A stretch of 63,226 nt of DNA, counting the filler, from Bigelowiella natans CCMP2755 (lineage: Eukaryota; Protista; Cercozoa): NCBI GenBank assembly GCA_000320545.1. It is 6 parts of 6 records of this genome, joined end to end, with 100 filler letters (N's around TTAATTAATTAA, not from the genome) between each part and the next. Parts side by side here need not be neighbours in the genome. Positions count along the whole stretch, not along the records: positions 1 to 18,163 come from ADNK01001317.1; 5 more parts are not named here. One strand, 5' to 3'. Positions 1-11,425 of the stretch are shown piece after piece. Position 1 is the stretch's first letter; each line of letters starts with the position of its first letter. The position numbers and the translations under genes were made by a program. The notes below the pieces were generated by a model. It did no database searches and was not told the DNA's origin. It saw nothing but the letters and a program-made list of their open reading frames with translations.

Positions 1-429
1 AAATTTTTTCCCCCTTTTTTTTGGTTTCCCGGGGGTGGGGGTGGTTTTTGGGTTAAATTCCAAAAAGCGGCTTCGGTTCACCTTAATAAGGGGATTTTTA
101 TTGGGTTGGAATGGGTTTTGTTGGGGTTTGTTTTGAAAAAAATGGCCAAGAGGAAAAAAAAAAAAGGGGGTTTGGGGGGGGGAGGCAAGAAAAAGGAGAA
201 GAAGGAGAAGGAAACAACGACAACGACGACGATGACGGCAACGATACGTCACCATCTCTAAAAGTACGTTAACGCTTAAAAGTAGCTGCAAATATGAATC
301 ACTTGCAGTGCAAGTGACAGCAGTAGCAGTGACTATGGTAGCAGCAGTTTAGTGTGATTGTTGTTATTGATGGGGGTTATCATAGCTGAAGAATGGCAAC
401 TGCACGGAATCAAAGAATGATGCTAGGTT

Positions 430-457
430 ATTGCGTTATGGTAAAGTAGAAGACATC

Positions 458-503
<46 letters not shown>

Positions 504-754
504 GCAGCACCAAAGGAAATAGCATTCATCCACGTGTTGGAGAGATCAGATATCTTGTCGAGTAGACGCAGTGGAACGTTGTACCTGGACAAAAGGTTAA
601 TAAACTATAGGTCATATCTCACGTCGTGACTTTAAACAAAGAGGAGGAGGAGGAGGAGAAGGGGGGGGGGGGGGGGGAGGGGTTGTTGAAAACATAAGCA
701 TCATACCCCTTACACCAATCTATGGGGATGAGTACATGCATTGATATACAATAT

Positions 755-786
<32 letters not shown>

Positions 787-1753
787 ATTATCAAACGCGC
801 TGGTAACAACATCAAAACCCTCTCGCAAACGGTGACGTGATACGAGTTAGAAACTTACACATCAATATCCGAGTTGTATGCTTTTGTTTCCATCTCAGCG
901 ACAAGGCTCCACGCTCTTTCCCTGCAGAAGAAGAAGAAGAAGAAAATGTTTGTTAAGTGTGATAAAGCTGCTACGTACGAAGAAGGACACCGCAGGTAGC
1001 ATCTGCTACTCTTCCATCGATTGGTCAAGGTGCTCGAGGAGGAGGAGGAGGAGGAGAAGAAGGAGGAGGAGTGCAGAGGATGATAAGTAAAAAACCACTT
1101 CTCCGCCTCTCTTCCTCCTCCTCCTACAACAACGATAACCTAATAATGGTAACAGGCTTGCTAGCTGCTGCTACTACTACTACTACTACTACCATGAACT
1201 TGAGCTCCGCATGGCCTTAATGGCGCTTATATAAGTAGAACGCCCAAGATTGAGGTTGTGCTTCCGCATGAACTTGACCATCTTCCAAGCCTGGTGCCCC
1301 TCGGCTCCTTGGGAGCAGCACGCCAGCACCCCATTGCAAGTGCCGGTGTCGGGCATTACCTGAAGAACGACGTGTTACCAAAAAATAGCATCATGGCCAT
1401 TATCAACCACAGCAACCACCGAAATGCATGGTGATGATGATGACGATGATGATGATAATGAAGATGATGGTGAAGTGGAAGGAGGAGGAGCGCACTTTAT
1501 CCTGAAGCATAGCTGACAGCAATTCAATTCCCTTTTCCCAAGTCTTAGTCTTGACGCATGCATGTATAGCGGCGTTGTAGGTTGTCAGCGACGGGATGAA
1601 TCGCTTCTCCGCCATTTGCGAGTGGAGGGCTAAGACTTTGTCATCATGCTTGCTCACATGATACACCGCAATGGCGGAATCATAAATAGCTGGGTCAAGT
1701 TTTACATCTGGGTTATTTGTGGCCTCAAGGAAGAGTTGGTGTACCTAGAGAGA

Positions 1754-1787
<34 letters not shown>

Positions 1788-1874
1788 GTAATGAGATGAT
1801 TGCTGGGATCATCACCGCCAAAGAAAAATTGATGGTGAAGTAATCGAGTAGTGGTGGTGGTGGTGGTGTGAGAA

Positions 1875-1926
<52 letters not shown>

Positions 1927-2355
1927 TGTGCGTCCGTGATGCCAGTTGCGCTATAAACATCGAACATGCAAGAAACAATTTGCAGCATTTTTATCATCAT
2001 CATCATCATCATCATCATCGCCAGCATATGATGAAAAAGTGAGCAATATACGGCACAGAAAGGATAAGAGACCATGACTTAGGACAGGGAGACCGTGATG
2101 TGGTATATGGATGATGATAGTGCATAAAACTGACCAATTGCCACTGCTTTGAAGCCTCCATCGCTCTCATGGTTGCACTATATATCTTGTTGTCAGGACG
2201 ATAACCTAGCCGTTTCAGTTTCTGGAACAGATCGAAAGCACGCTCCCAATTGAAAGACCTGCATCATGATGGCAGTACACACCGGCCATGTATGGAAGCC
2301 GTGTGCGTCTCAAAATAAGTTGTATCGACGGGAAAACTAGCAGACAACTTCTGGG

Positions 2356-2387
<32 letters not shown>

Positions 2388-2811
2388 ACAACAACAACTG
2401 CACGACAAAAATAGTTATAGATGCGTTCCCACAATCTAAACGAACCCCAGCATCGCATAGAGCGATACAGGGGAGGGGGGAGTATAGCGCATTAAATATA
2501 CTATCTCATACTGCTAATGGTGAGAGTTGTGCAATTCACGACGATCGATCGATCCCAGCAATCACAACGACAAGAAGAACAACGCACCGTTTAAAGGCAC
2601 CGAGCACGTGAGTGAACGATTCAAGATCAGGTTGTACGATACTCATATTTTCCATATCTTTGATAAGCGCATCCGCAGCCAAGGGTTGGAGCATCTTCTT
2701 GCATGCTTTGAGGGCAGCGTTATAGATGGATGTTGTTATCAGGGACGATGCTTTGGACCCCTTGGCGGTGTTGACCAGAGATCTAAATATAATTTAAATA
2801 AAGATTTATAA

Positions 2812-2891
<80 letters not shown>

Positions 2892-3940
2892 TATATAAGG
2901 CCGTGTCCATGTTGATGGCATTGTCATTGCATGACTTCGTTCAATCAAAGCATATTCTGAATCATTTCACTCAAAATCGCTGCGGCACGGTAGAAAAATA
3001 GAAACTAACACTGGTAAGCAACATCCGATATCGATATGCTTCTATGCACAACAAATAATCGAAGAAATCTGGCAGTTTATACATTGCTCGTTGCCATTGA
3101 TGTGCCTTCTCACAAGCTTGAATGGTACGCAGATACGTAACGTTGTCGGGGCGAATCTGCATACAACTCAATATTAAAACAATATGCTTTTGGCTTTGAC
3201 GCTGTGAGGTCTTACTCCATAGTTGTTGATGGTCTCAAAGAGCTCTGTGGCGATCTGCCAATGCCGTTGGCAAGCTGACGATTATTTAAGATTATGCTAA
3301 TGAAACCGTAGCGTTCGTTCTGTCTGAGGACACATTTACCTGCCATAGCTGTGTTGTATATAGTAAGAGGAATGCTAAGATTCTTTGATTTCATCTGTCA
3401 ATTGTGCACAAATAAGATTCGAGAAAGGGCGACAACTTTCACACAATATTTGACCCCTTCTAATGCTGCAAGAGCTCCAGCAGCGTCCTTATCAGCAGCA
3501 CACTTCGCTATCAGCCTATGATAATCCCTTGTCGATTTCGGAATTGCAGGTATGGCTCTTTCATCACGTTCCCTATGATGGTGGTAATGGTGGTGGTTGT
3601 GGTGGTGCTGGCGTTGGACGCTTCTCGTGCGGCTACTCCGACCCCGCCAACCACGTGTTTCTCTGGGAGCAGAAGGTTGTGCCTGAGTCATGCGTCCTCT
3701 GGACCAATCACGTCTGTTGTCTGCATACGAATGGGACACTCCTACAGGGTCTCGCCTACCATCTACGTAGAGGGGGGGAGGAGGACCTCCGCCAACAGCG
3801 GCAGCACTGCTACTTTGTTCCGGGAGAATCCGTTTGGAGAAGAGGAGAGAACTCCCCACTAAGAGCGCCAGAACAAACAAAGGCTTGTGGTTCGTCGCTG
3901 CGGATGGTGATCTCACGATCGCCCGTTGTTCCGATCCCAT
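430..3940 (-). CDS. Pentatricopeptide-repeat (PPR) protein, multi-exon, with hydrophobic N-terminal targeting-like segment
   Basis: Successive minus-strand exons give PPR motifs: TRDYHRLIAKCAADKDAAGALAALE, IPLTIYNTAM, IRPDNVTYLRTIQACEKAHQWQRAM, GYRPDNKIYSATMRAMEASKQWQ, IPSLTTYNAAIHACVKTKTWEKGIELLSAM, MPDTGTCNGVLACC. ATG at 3940. The 3' end is approximate. Confidence 0.85.
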
Positions 3941-4283
3941 GATGGTGAGAATTAGTATCCAGTTGGTTCTCCTCCAGCCGCTAGGCCAGCATTAACACCG
4001 AAATCAGTCAACCTTCGAGCGAAAAAAGAAGGGGCTCAACATTACAACGTCAATGACGTAATCAAACTTATAGTTAAAAAGCTATTTGGTGAATAAAGTG
4101 ACAAGGTCCAACAGATAGAGCTATGCGCACAACCATCGGGCATCGCCTTCTTCGCCCTGTGAGGGGGGCTTCGCTTTTCTAGGTTCCGAGATTCGCCGTT
4201 TGGGTTCCGATAGATAGTTTCCGCATCCTTTTTTTGCGTGTGTCAGCATGACGCTCGGTCGTGTTGGCACGTTTAAAATCGAC

Positions 4284-6187
4284 ATGAAAACAATGGGGAA
4301 ATCAGTATGCGACAACCATTCAATGTGGCAATCGCTAAACACAGACTGAACGAATGGGTTCCGTCCTGGCGTCGTCTGGAGAAGATGACCAAAGTACAAC
4401 CCCGAAGAGCGGCAGCAAACGGGATGATGACTTGAAGCTTCCATTGTACGTGTAGAGATCGTCAAGAAATGAGAGGTTTTCGAATTGGTGTCAAAGCCCT
4501 GAAACTACTTTGATGTGTTTGCAGTCATCAGCGAATGGCATGCAAGCTGTTAAATGTGGGACCAACTCCAACACACATTGCCTTCATTATGGACGGAAAT
4601 CGCAGGTAGTAAGACCATTATTTGCAGTTTTTATTTTTCTAGCATTGATACCGAGCTCGATATTCTCTAATGGTGACAGATACGCTAGAAAGCTTGGCGT
4701 TGAGAGGATTGTTGGCCATCGTAGAGGCTACTCAACGCTTCTTCGGGTGCTGAAGTGGTGCAATCATCTTGATGTGAAGGTGTAAATCATACCGCCAATT
4801 ATTCATATAAGCTGATAGATCATATTATTCCTAAAGCGCTCAAACCATATCAGGTGGTGACAGTTTACGCTTTCGCTCTAGATAACTTCAAAAGGAGCAA
4901 AAAAGAAGTAATGGAGTTTGTTCTCAAGATGGAGAGGGAATAGCTTTGACCAAAACCGTTTGCAACGTAGGTTGATTCTTTGATGGAACTTGCAACCCAA
5001 AAGTTCACAGAAATGCTGGATTCCGAGTAATTTGTTCCGTCCCCCCTCCTATGCTGTATGCCTTCTCTATCTTTCCCTACAAGATAATACTCATCTGCAA
5101 GCTTTGGTTTCAATGAGAAGGGGGATTTTACTGGCATCCGCTCGCTAGCTTGCACTCTGAATTTGTATACATTTTTTTGTGATCAGACGCGAAATATCGC
5201 AGTTCGGGGTTAGGGTCAATATAATCGGAGCATTGAAACACTTACCTCCGAAATTGGTGAGATTTATTTAACTCTTTCTATTCTCTGTCTTCGTCTCCTA
5301 GTTATTGAAATTCTATCCCTTATTCCAGCAACACGTGATGGCTCGAGTAATGAAGTCAACCAGAGGGCACAATAAGCTGGTGCTCAATATTGCGTTTGCT
5401 TATAGTGCAGATCAAGAGTTCTCCGATGCAGCCTCAATGCTTGCAGACGGTGTTGATCAAGGCTTGCTGAAGATTGAAGATGTCTCTGCAAATTTAGTTC
5501 AAAAATGCCTGTATACTGCCGGTCAACCAGATCCCGATTTACTCATTCGAACAAGTGGAGAAACTCGACTAAGCGATTTCATGATTCATCAAGTACAGTT
5601 GGAGGAATTAACTTGATGCATCATGTTGTATTCGCAAATTAATCTTATATTTCTAACCAATAATGAACCTTGTACGGTTTCACCGACGTAAACCCAAAAT
5701 ACGGTGTGCAAAGCAACCGGAGGAGAGATTTAACAATATGGCAATTCTCGTTTTTGTGTCTCACTTCAGTGTCGTCGTGGTAGCACATTGTTATCATTTG
5801 TGGAACCCTTGTGGCCTGAGTTCTCGTTCTGGCAATTCTGGGCGATAATATTTCATTATCAAACACAGTACAGGTTCTTGTATCCATAATTCGAATTGAT
5901 GTTATTGTTATGAACTATGTGGTAAATTGTCGTTCTTATATTTTTTTCTAAATTGGTGTAGGAGTTTGGATGCCGAACGAAATAGACTTAAAATGTTGGA
6001 GGGAGGTGCGCAGCTGAAGCACCACATAGAAGCAAAAGAACCACTATCTGATTCAAAAAAGAAAAACGAAGAGCCAGAAATGGATCATAATGAATTAAAA
6101 GTAGAAAGAATCTCGACTTTCTTAAGGAAGTGTCAGCTTGGACAAGAACGATACGTGGATCGACTAGCTGTGAATAAATGTTTCTAG
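4284..6187 (+). CDS. DHDDS: cis-prenyltransferase / dehydrodolichyl diphosphate synthase, multi-exon
   Basis: Spliced exons give GPTPTHIAFIMDGNRR, GHRRG, VTVYAFALDNFKRS, LNIAFAYS, PDPDLLIRTSGETRLSDFM and LWPEFSFW, the canonical cis-PT motifs. Stop at 6187. The start (4284 or 4354) is uncertain. Confidence 0.93.
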
Positions 6188-7006
6188 TTGAATCTTATGT
6201 ACTCGTGCTCAACTTTTAACACCTGATAAACTTATCCTTCAAAACTTATCCTTTAGTACAAGTCGCATATAGCATGTACGTGTCCATTAAAGCACTAAAT
6301 TTATTATGGTGCTCATGTTTCGATTTGATCTCTGCGATGTACTAGTACATGCTGTGGCATGCATAGATGTCAACGACGTAAAACATACTTTGGATCGGCG
6401 TCACATTGCACGGCGCCTATTGGGTGGAAATCTCTTTATATGACAGTAAATGCTAGATCATTCAAGCATTCCTTCGTCGGTGCGGTATTATGCTGTCTAT
6501 TATCGGTCTTGCTGCGATAACATCAATCAGCAATGTGCCATGCACGTACATCTGGCGTATATAGCGCTGTTCGTTATACGCACGACATATGCGGCGAACC
6601 ATTATTTGCCCGCGCACTATGCATGTCTAGATATTTGCATACAGTCAGCTCGTGAAAGCGATGTGCGGCGTGCTCTCACATATATCTAGATATATGACGA
6701 TCGATGCGTACGTGCCGAGTGCCAATGAACGTCAGAGCAAGAGAGCGTGTCTGCGAGCGCTATTATTACCCATAGCAGCTCAGATAGCATATGCATAGTC
6801 TACTACTCTGGATAGTACATGCATGTGGAGTGCTATGTTTACATGTACCCGCGCGGTGGATATGTAATGATATCATCTTCGATTGCAATGAGAAAGAATG
6901 CTAGAATGTATGTACGTTAATAAATGATGTACATAGCATGCGACAGTATCAAAGGGCATCCAGAGATGCGTATGGCTTTGCGCCTAAGCATCGAACTAAT
7001 ATAGGT

Positions 7007-8041
7007 CTAATCTTTCCTCGATTTCAGCTGCTTTGTAGTAACCCCATCCTTCGTTCTATATAAGTTTCAGAAAGATACATCAATAACCAGTAAGGGCTAA
7101 CTAGATCAGTTAAAATTAAATACTTACATCACGTGGACGATGGCACCCCAACCAGCGAGACAATCACGATCTACAGCAGCGAGCAGAGACTGCGATATGG
7201 TCTCGAAGAGTTCATCGGGACCCATATTTGGCTTCCAAAAGGCTTCGCAAACACCATACAACTCATCAGAAGTTGTACCAGACACCACAAAATCCTTTGC
7301 AAAAACTGGAGCTCCGATTAAATCCATAGCAGCGATGAAAGGACCTACATACAACCAGTACGGGAAACATATTAGTGCCTACGTTATATCGCGAGATAGA
7401 ATCCTCACCTTCCTTCGCGTCAAGCCCAGCAACTACAGGCTCCACAAAGTATGGTCCAAATCTATCGGATGAATACTCATTGTGAAGAATATCTTCAATA
7501 ATGTTAAAAATCCTAGATGGAGTGATGATTCAAGAAAACCTCCTAGATGCAATAATACCTTTTTTCGTATAGAGTGCTGGACACTAGACTGGAAAATACT
7601 TTGGGACGCATAGGTCTATTCTCTCTTAGGGAATACATCTTGAGTTTGAAATCAAACTTTTGTTTCCTAAAATTGGAACAAGCTAAGCAAGCGGTACAGT
7701 TAAAGTTCATTAGTTAAATGATATACAGTGTCTGGACGTCTGTGAGAAGTCCCGATAGTCCGATGAAAAGCTTGTCTCCCATTTGGAACACCTTCTTCAT
7801 ATCACAAGCAATAGTTTGCTGTTGGATCCCATATCGCATATCAGAGGCGATAGCAACGCAATCCTTGCCAACCATAGCAACCTACAGAAAAGAAGCAAAA
7901 GGAAGTTAGGAATCTTCCTTCTTCCAAACAACCATTCTGCATAAACAATGGTACTGAAAACAGGAAAGGTAGTTGGTGGCAAGTTTCAAGCAGTCTCTAT
8001 GAAATTACAATGGCGCTTCCGTTGTATTGGAGGATACTCAT
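7007..8041 (-). CDS. PSMB3: 20S proteasome subunit beta type-3, multi-exon
   Basis: [11 protein letters not shown] / [24 protein letters not shown] ... [13 protein letters not shown] ... [23 protein letters not shown] ... [27 protein letters not shown] ... KQLKSRKD*; GT-AG introns. Confidence 0.97.
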
Positions 8042-8378
8042 TTGGAAGGAGGCGGCACTGGAAGTGAGGAGGCAGTGCAGAATGCGGTGAACCAATAATT
8101 GGTAATTATTTACAACGACATAACTTTAAGTTGACGTATCTTACATTCGTACTATTTTTTCTCACATTTGCCGTGATCCCAACATTGCGCAGGAGTTTGA
8201 TTACTGTTTCATCATTTGGGGTGTAAACGATTGTCGTATTTTATGAATGACATTTGTTTTCAGGATCGAAAAATTAAAATATTAAAACAAATGTCGGTCA
8301 TATTTATCCTGCGTCTTTGTTACTGGCTGTAAGTCCAAAGGATTTCGGGCATGAAACAAGCGACATTGTCCGACAGGC

Positions 8379-8560
8379 ATGGCCATCTTGACCCTTCTCC
8401 TGGCTGCGACACTGCGCTACGGAGCCCTTGCCACTCCACTTGATGATTATGTTAACAAACCAGACTCAAACTATGGTTGGCATGATACCGGAAACCGCGT
8501 GAAGTGTTTATTTGGGGGTAATCATGCAATTATTTTCTGTTTGCGAGCAATATTAATCGG

Positions 8561-8605
<45 letters not shown>

Positions 8606-10152
8606 ACTCTCTCTCTCGCTCCCCTTTCTCCCCATCCCCCTTATTCAGGAACCGCTCACATCCTAAATGTGACTTCGCAGCAGTGGCTTGATGAAACCAA
8701 GGCGGTAGGTCCAAACGGCGCCCTTTGGACACATCAAGTCGCAGTTGTTGTTCCCAAGAATGTCCGTATCCGCAACGTCTCCGTCGCTGTCATGACAGGA
8801 GGGTGCAACGAGGACCCAGCTCCGCCCACATTCAAGGACGAATACCTCGCACTTGCCGACAACCTTGCCTATCAGACCGGCGGTATAGCTGTTGTCATCT
8901 ACCAGATCCCCAACTGCCATATCGTGTACCCGTCCGACCCCAGCAAAACTCCGCGCGAAGAGGACGCAATGATTGCCTGGGCCTGGCACGAATTTCTCAC
9001 TGACCCAAAACACGACCCCGAGTGGCTCCCCCGGCTACCGATGGCCAAAGCTGGGATGCAATGCATGCGTGCAGTGGAGGAATACACCAAGAAGCAGGGC
9101 ATCGCAGAGATCGAGGGATGGGTAGTTTCTGGTGCCTCCAAGCGCGGGTGGACCACTTGGATGGTCGGTGCTGTGACTTGCGAGAGCTGTCCTACGATTG
9201 TCGGGATCGCACCCCTCGTTCCTATAGTACCAGCGCTTCACCAGGACGTGCATAGGCAATGGAAGAGTTACGGCGGGTTTACGTTCGCGTTCAAAGACTA
9301 CACTGCCGTGAACCTGACCACGAATCTAGACGGTGATGGTTTCAAATTGATGATGGATATCGTAGACCCGATCAATTATGGAGAGCGCCTTGCCCGTCTC
9401 CCAAAGGTACAGCCTCCTTACACCTCTTATTTCAGATTATACTCCCTTCCAATCTTGTAATCCCCTGTACAAATGTTTTAACTGAACGTCTCCTTTACTC
9501 ACAGTTGACCGTGCTCTCATCCGATGACGAGTTCATGCAGTTCGATTGGTCGAACATCTGGTATGACCAGATGACGGGAGAAAGCAACCTCCTTATCATT
9601 CCAAACTCCGAGCACTCGCTCACCACCGGGATCCCCGAGATCATATCGAGTCTACCAGCTGTCTACAAGTCCATCGCGCTCCAGAAGGAACGACCAAGTT
9701 TCGACTACGCCTACGACAACACCACTGGGGAGATTACGGTGACAATCCCAGAGGGCATCGAGCACGGGAAAGTTGTCCTGCGCCATGCCATGACCTTGCA
9801 AAACAAGCGCCGGGACTTCAGGTGGGTGCGCCTCGCAAACGAAGACACCGGAAACTGCACTCTGCCAGACATCCCAATGAAAAAGCCCATTGAGGGTGGC
9901 AACTGTATCCAGCCAATAATCTGGCTTGGCAAAACGCTCAGTGCCGTGGAAGGTACGACCAACGTGTACAAGGCGAAGCCTCCTATGCCTCTGCCCGGAT
10001 TCTGGACGGGATACTATATCGAAGTCTTCTTCCCAAACAACCTCGGGCTCAAGAAGGATTCGTTTCAGTTCACCACCCCAGGCTTTGTGTGGCCAGACAC
10101 GTTGCCGTTTGAGGACTGCCTCGCAGATACATGCAAAGGGCACCTCGTATAA
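8379..10152 (+). CDS. Secreted PqaA (PhoPQ-activated pathogenicity-related) / Dictyostelium AprA-like protein, 3 exons
   Basis: Signal peptide, then TPLDDYVNKPD, LNVTSQQWL, PNCHIVY..EDAMIAWAW, LPMAKA, VSGASKRGWTTW, IVDP, DDEF, PNSEH. Introns at about 8518-8648 and 9407-9504. Confidence 0.88.
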
Positions 10153-10787
10153 TCTTACGGCTGTGCATTTATGAGGGCTGTTTGGGCTGTTTGGGCTGAT
10201 GCAACCTTTGCCGGAAAACTCCTGCTTCATATTACGGCGGAATGGATGCCGCGGCATGTGTGTATACCTCACGGCAGCCGTATACCCACGTGAGCATTTT
10301 CATTTTGTCGGGCAGAAATTATTCCAATCGAGAGCTAGCTAAAATGCTTTGTATTAATCGTTACATTTTACTGCTTATATGCAATGTTGTAGTAGTACGT
10401 ACGTACACAGTTGTCCTTTTCATTACTGTATGCTCGTTCGCTGTTTAATAATAGCTTGATATGCTAGCATGGTGTCTGACATGTGCGTCATGTGTTGGAT
10501 GCCTGTGCATACATGTCTCTTTGTACCATTAGTGTGGAGCGCTGCTAGGCTAACATGGACTTTGATGTCTCTATTCGTGCACATAGTGATGTATCAAGTT
10601 ATAAAGTGAACAAATCTTTTCAATATTAGTCATCCTGATCCGATGTAGCTATGTGTCTAGATGTGCAAAGCAGCGGCTACAGTGCTTATAGGTCTCAGGA
10701 CATGTCCATTTCTGGATTTATTTGTCTCGCATCGTCCGGCCATCATGTGTTTCATGCACATTTGAATAAATCATCTGCTGTAGTATA

Positions 10788-11398
10788 TGTGGTCAGTTTG
10801 CGACCACCAAATGCATGTAAGCGCGCATGTACATGCATAGCATAAATGGTAGTGCATGCTGTGCTTTATTATATCTTACATTTGCATGTGAGCATGTTTA
10901 TATAGGTTCAGGCTATCGTTCCTGTGCCTTAGTTAGTCATATAGGGGCATGTAACGTGAGTTACATGCCCGGAAATACAGTTATAGGAGGGGGCACGTGC
11001 AACTGGGAACATCCTTCTCGGTTGTTTCCCCAACCGTGGATGTTCCTAGGAGCACCCTCGGTATTTTACTTACGACATGGAGTCGGCCTACGTATTGTAA
11101 TATTATAGGGGAAAATGGCCTACATTTTCCCTAATATTTTGGGCAACTGCTGCTGCGTAGCATGTTGCTGCTGGGGACGCTGTGTGCCCAGCACATGATG
11201 TGTATTGGCGCGCAACGCGCTAGTTTAGCACACTCTAAAAGACCCGCAAGCAAGCGGTAAGCTTTCTCCTTTGGTAGTTTGCTCATGCATGCTCATGTCA
11301 TGTTATCTATTCAACAGGGTTTTAGTTTTGTGGATTTAAAGCATTGTAAAAGCATACATTGCACAGTTGTGTTGTTAGCGCTGCGCAATACAACTACA
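10788..11398 (+). repeat. 5' LTR (611 bp) of element 1
   Basis: Begins TGTGGT and ends ACTACA (imperfect terminal inverted repeat). Repeated from 17036. Confidence 0.93.
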
Positions 11399-11399
11399 C

Positions 11400-11410
11400 T
11401 GGTAGCGGAC
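11400..11410 (+). promoter_or_regulatory. Primer-binding site, probably initiator tRNA-Met
   Basis: TGGTAGCGGAC lies 1 nt after the LTR. TGG is the complement of CCA, and the sequence resembles the iMet PBS TGGTAGCAGAG. Confidence 0.75.
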
Positions 11411-11425
11411 GAACTACGTTGAACT

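Noticed and set aside
1-190. Homopolymer-rich stretch, similar to 46050-46167
   Set aside because: Typical low-quality contig-end sequence.
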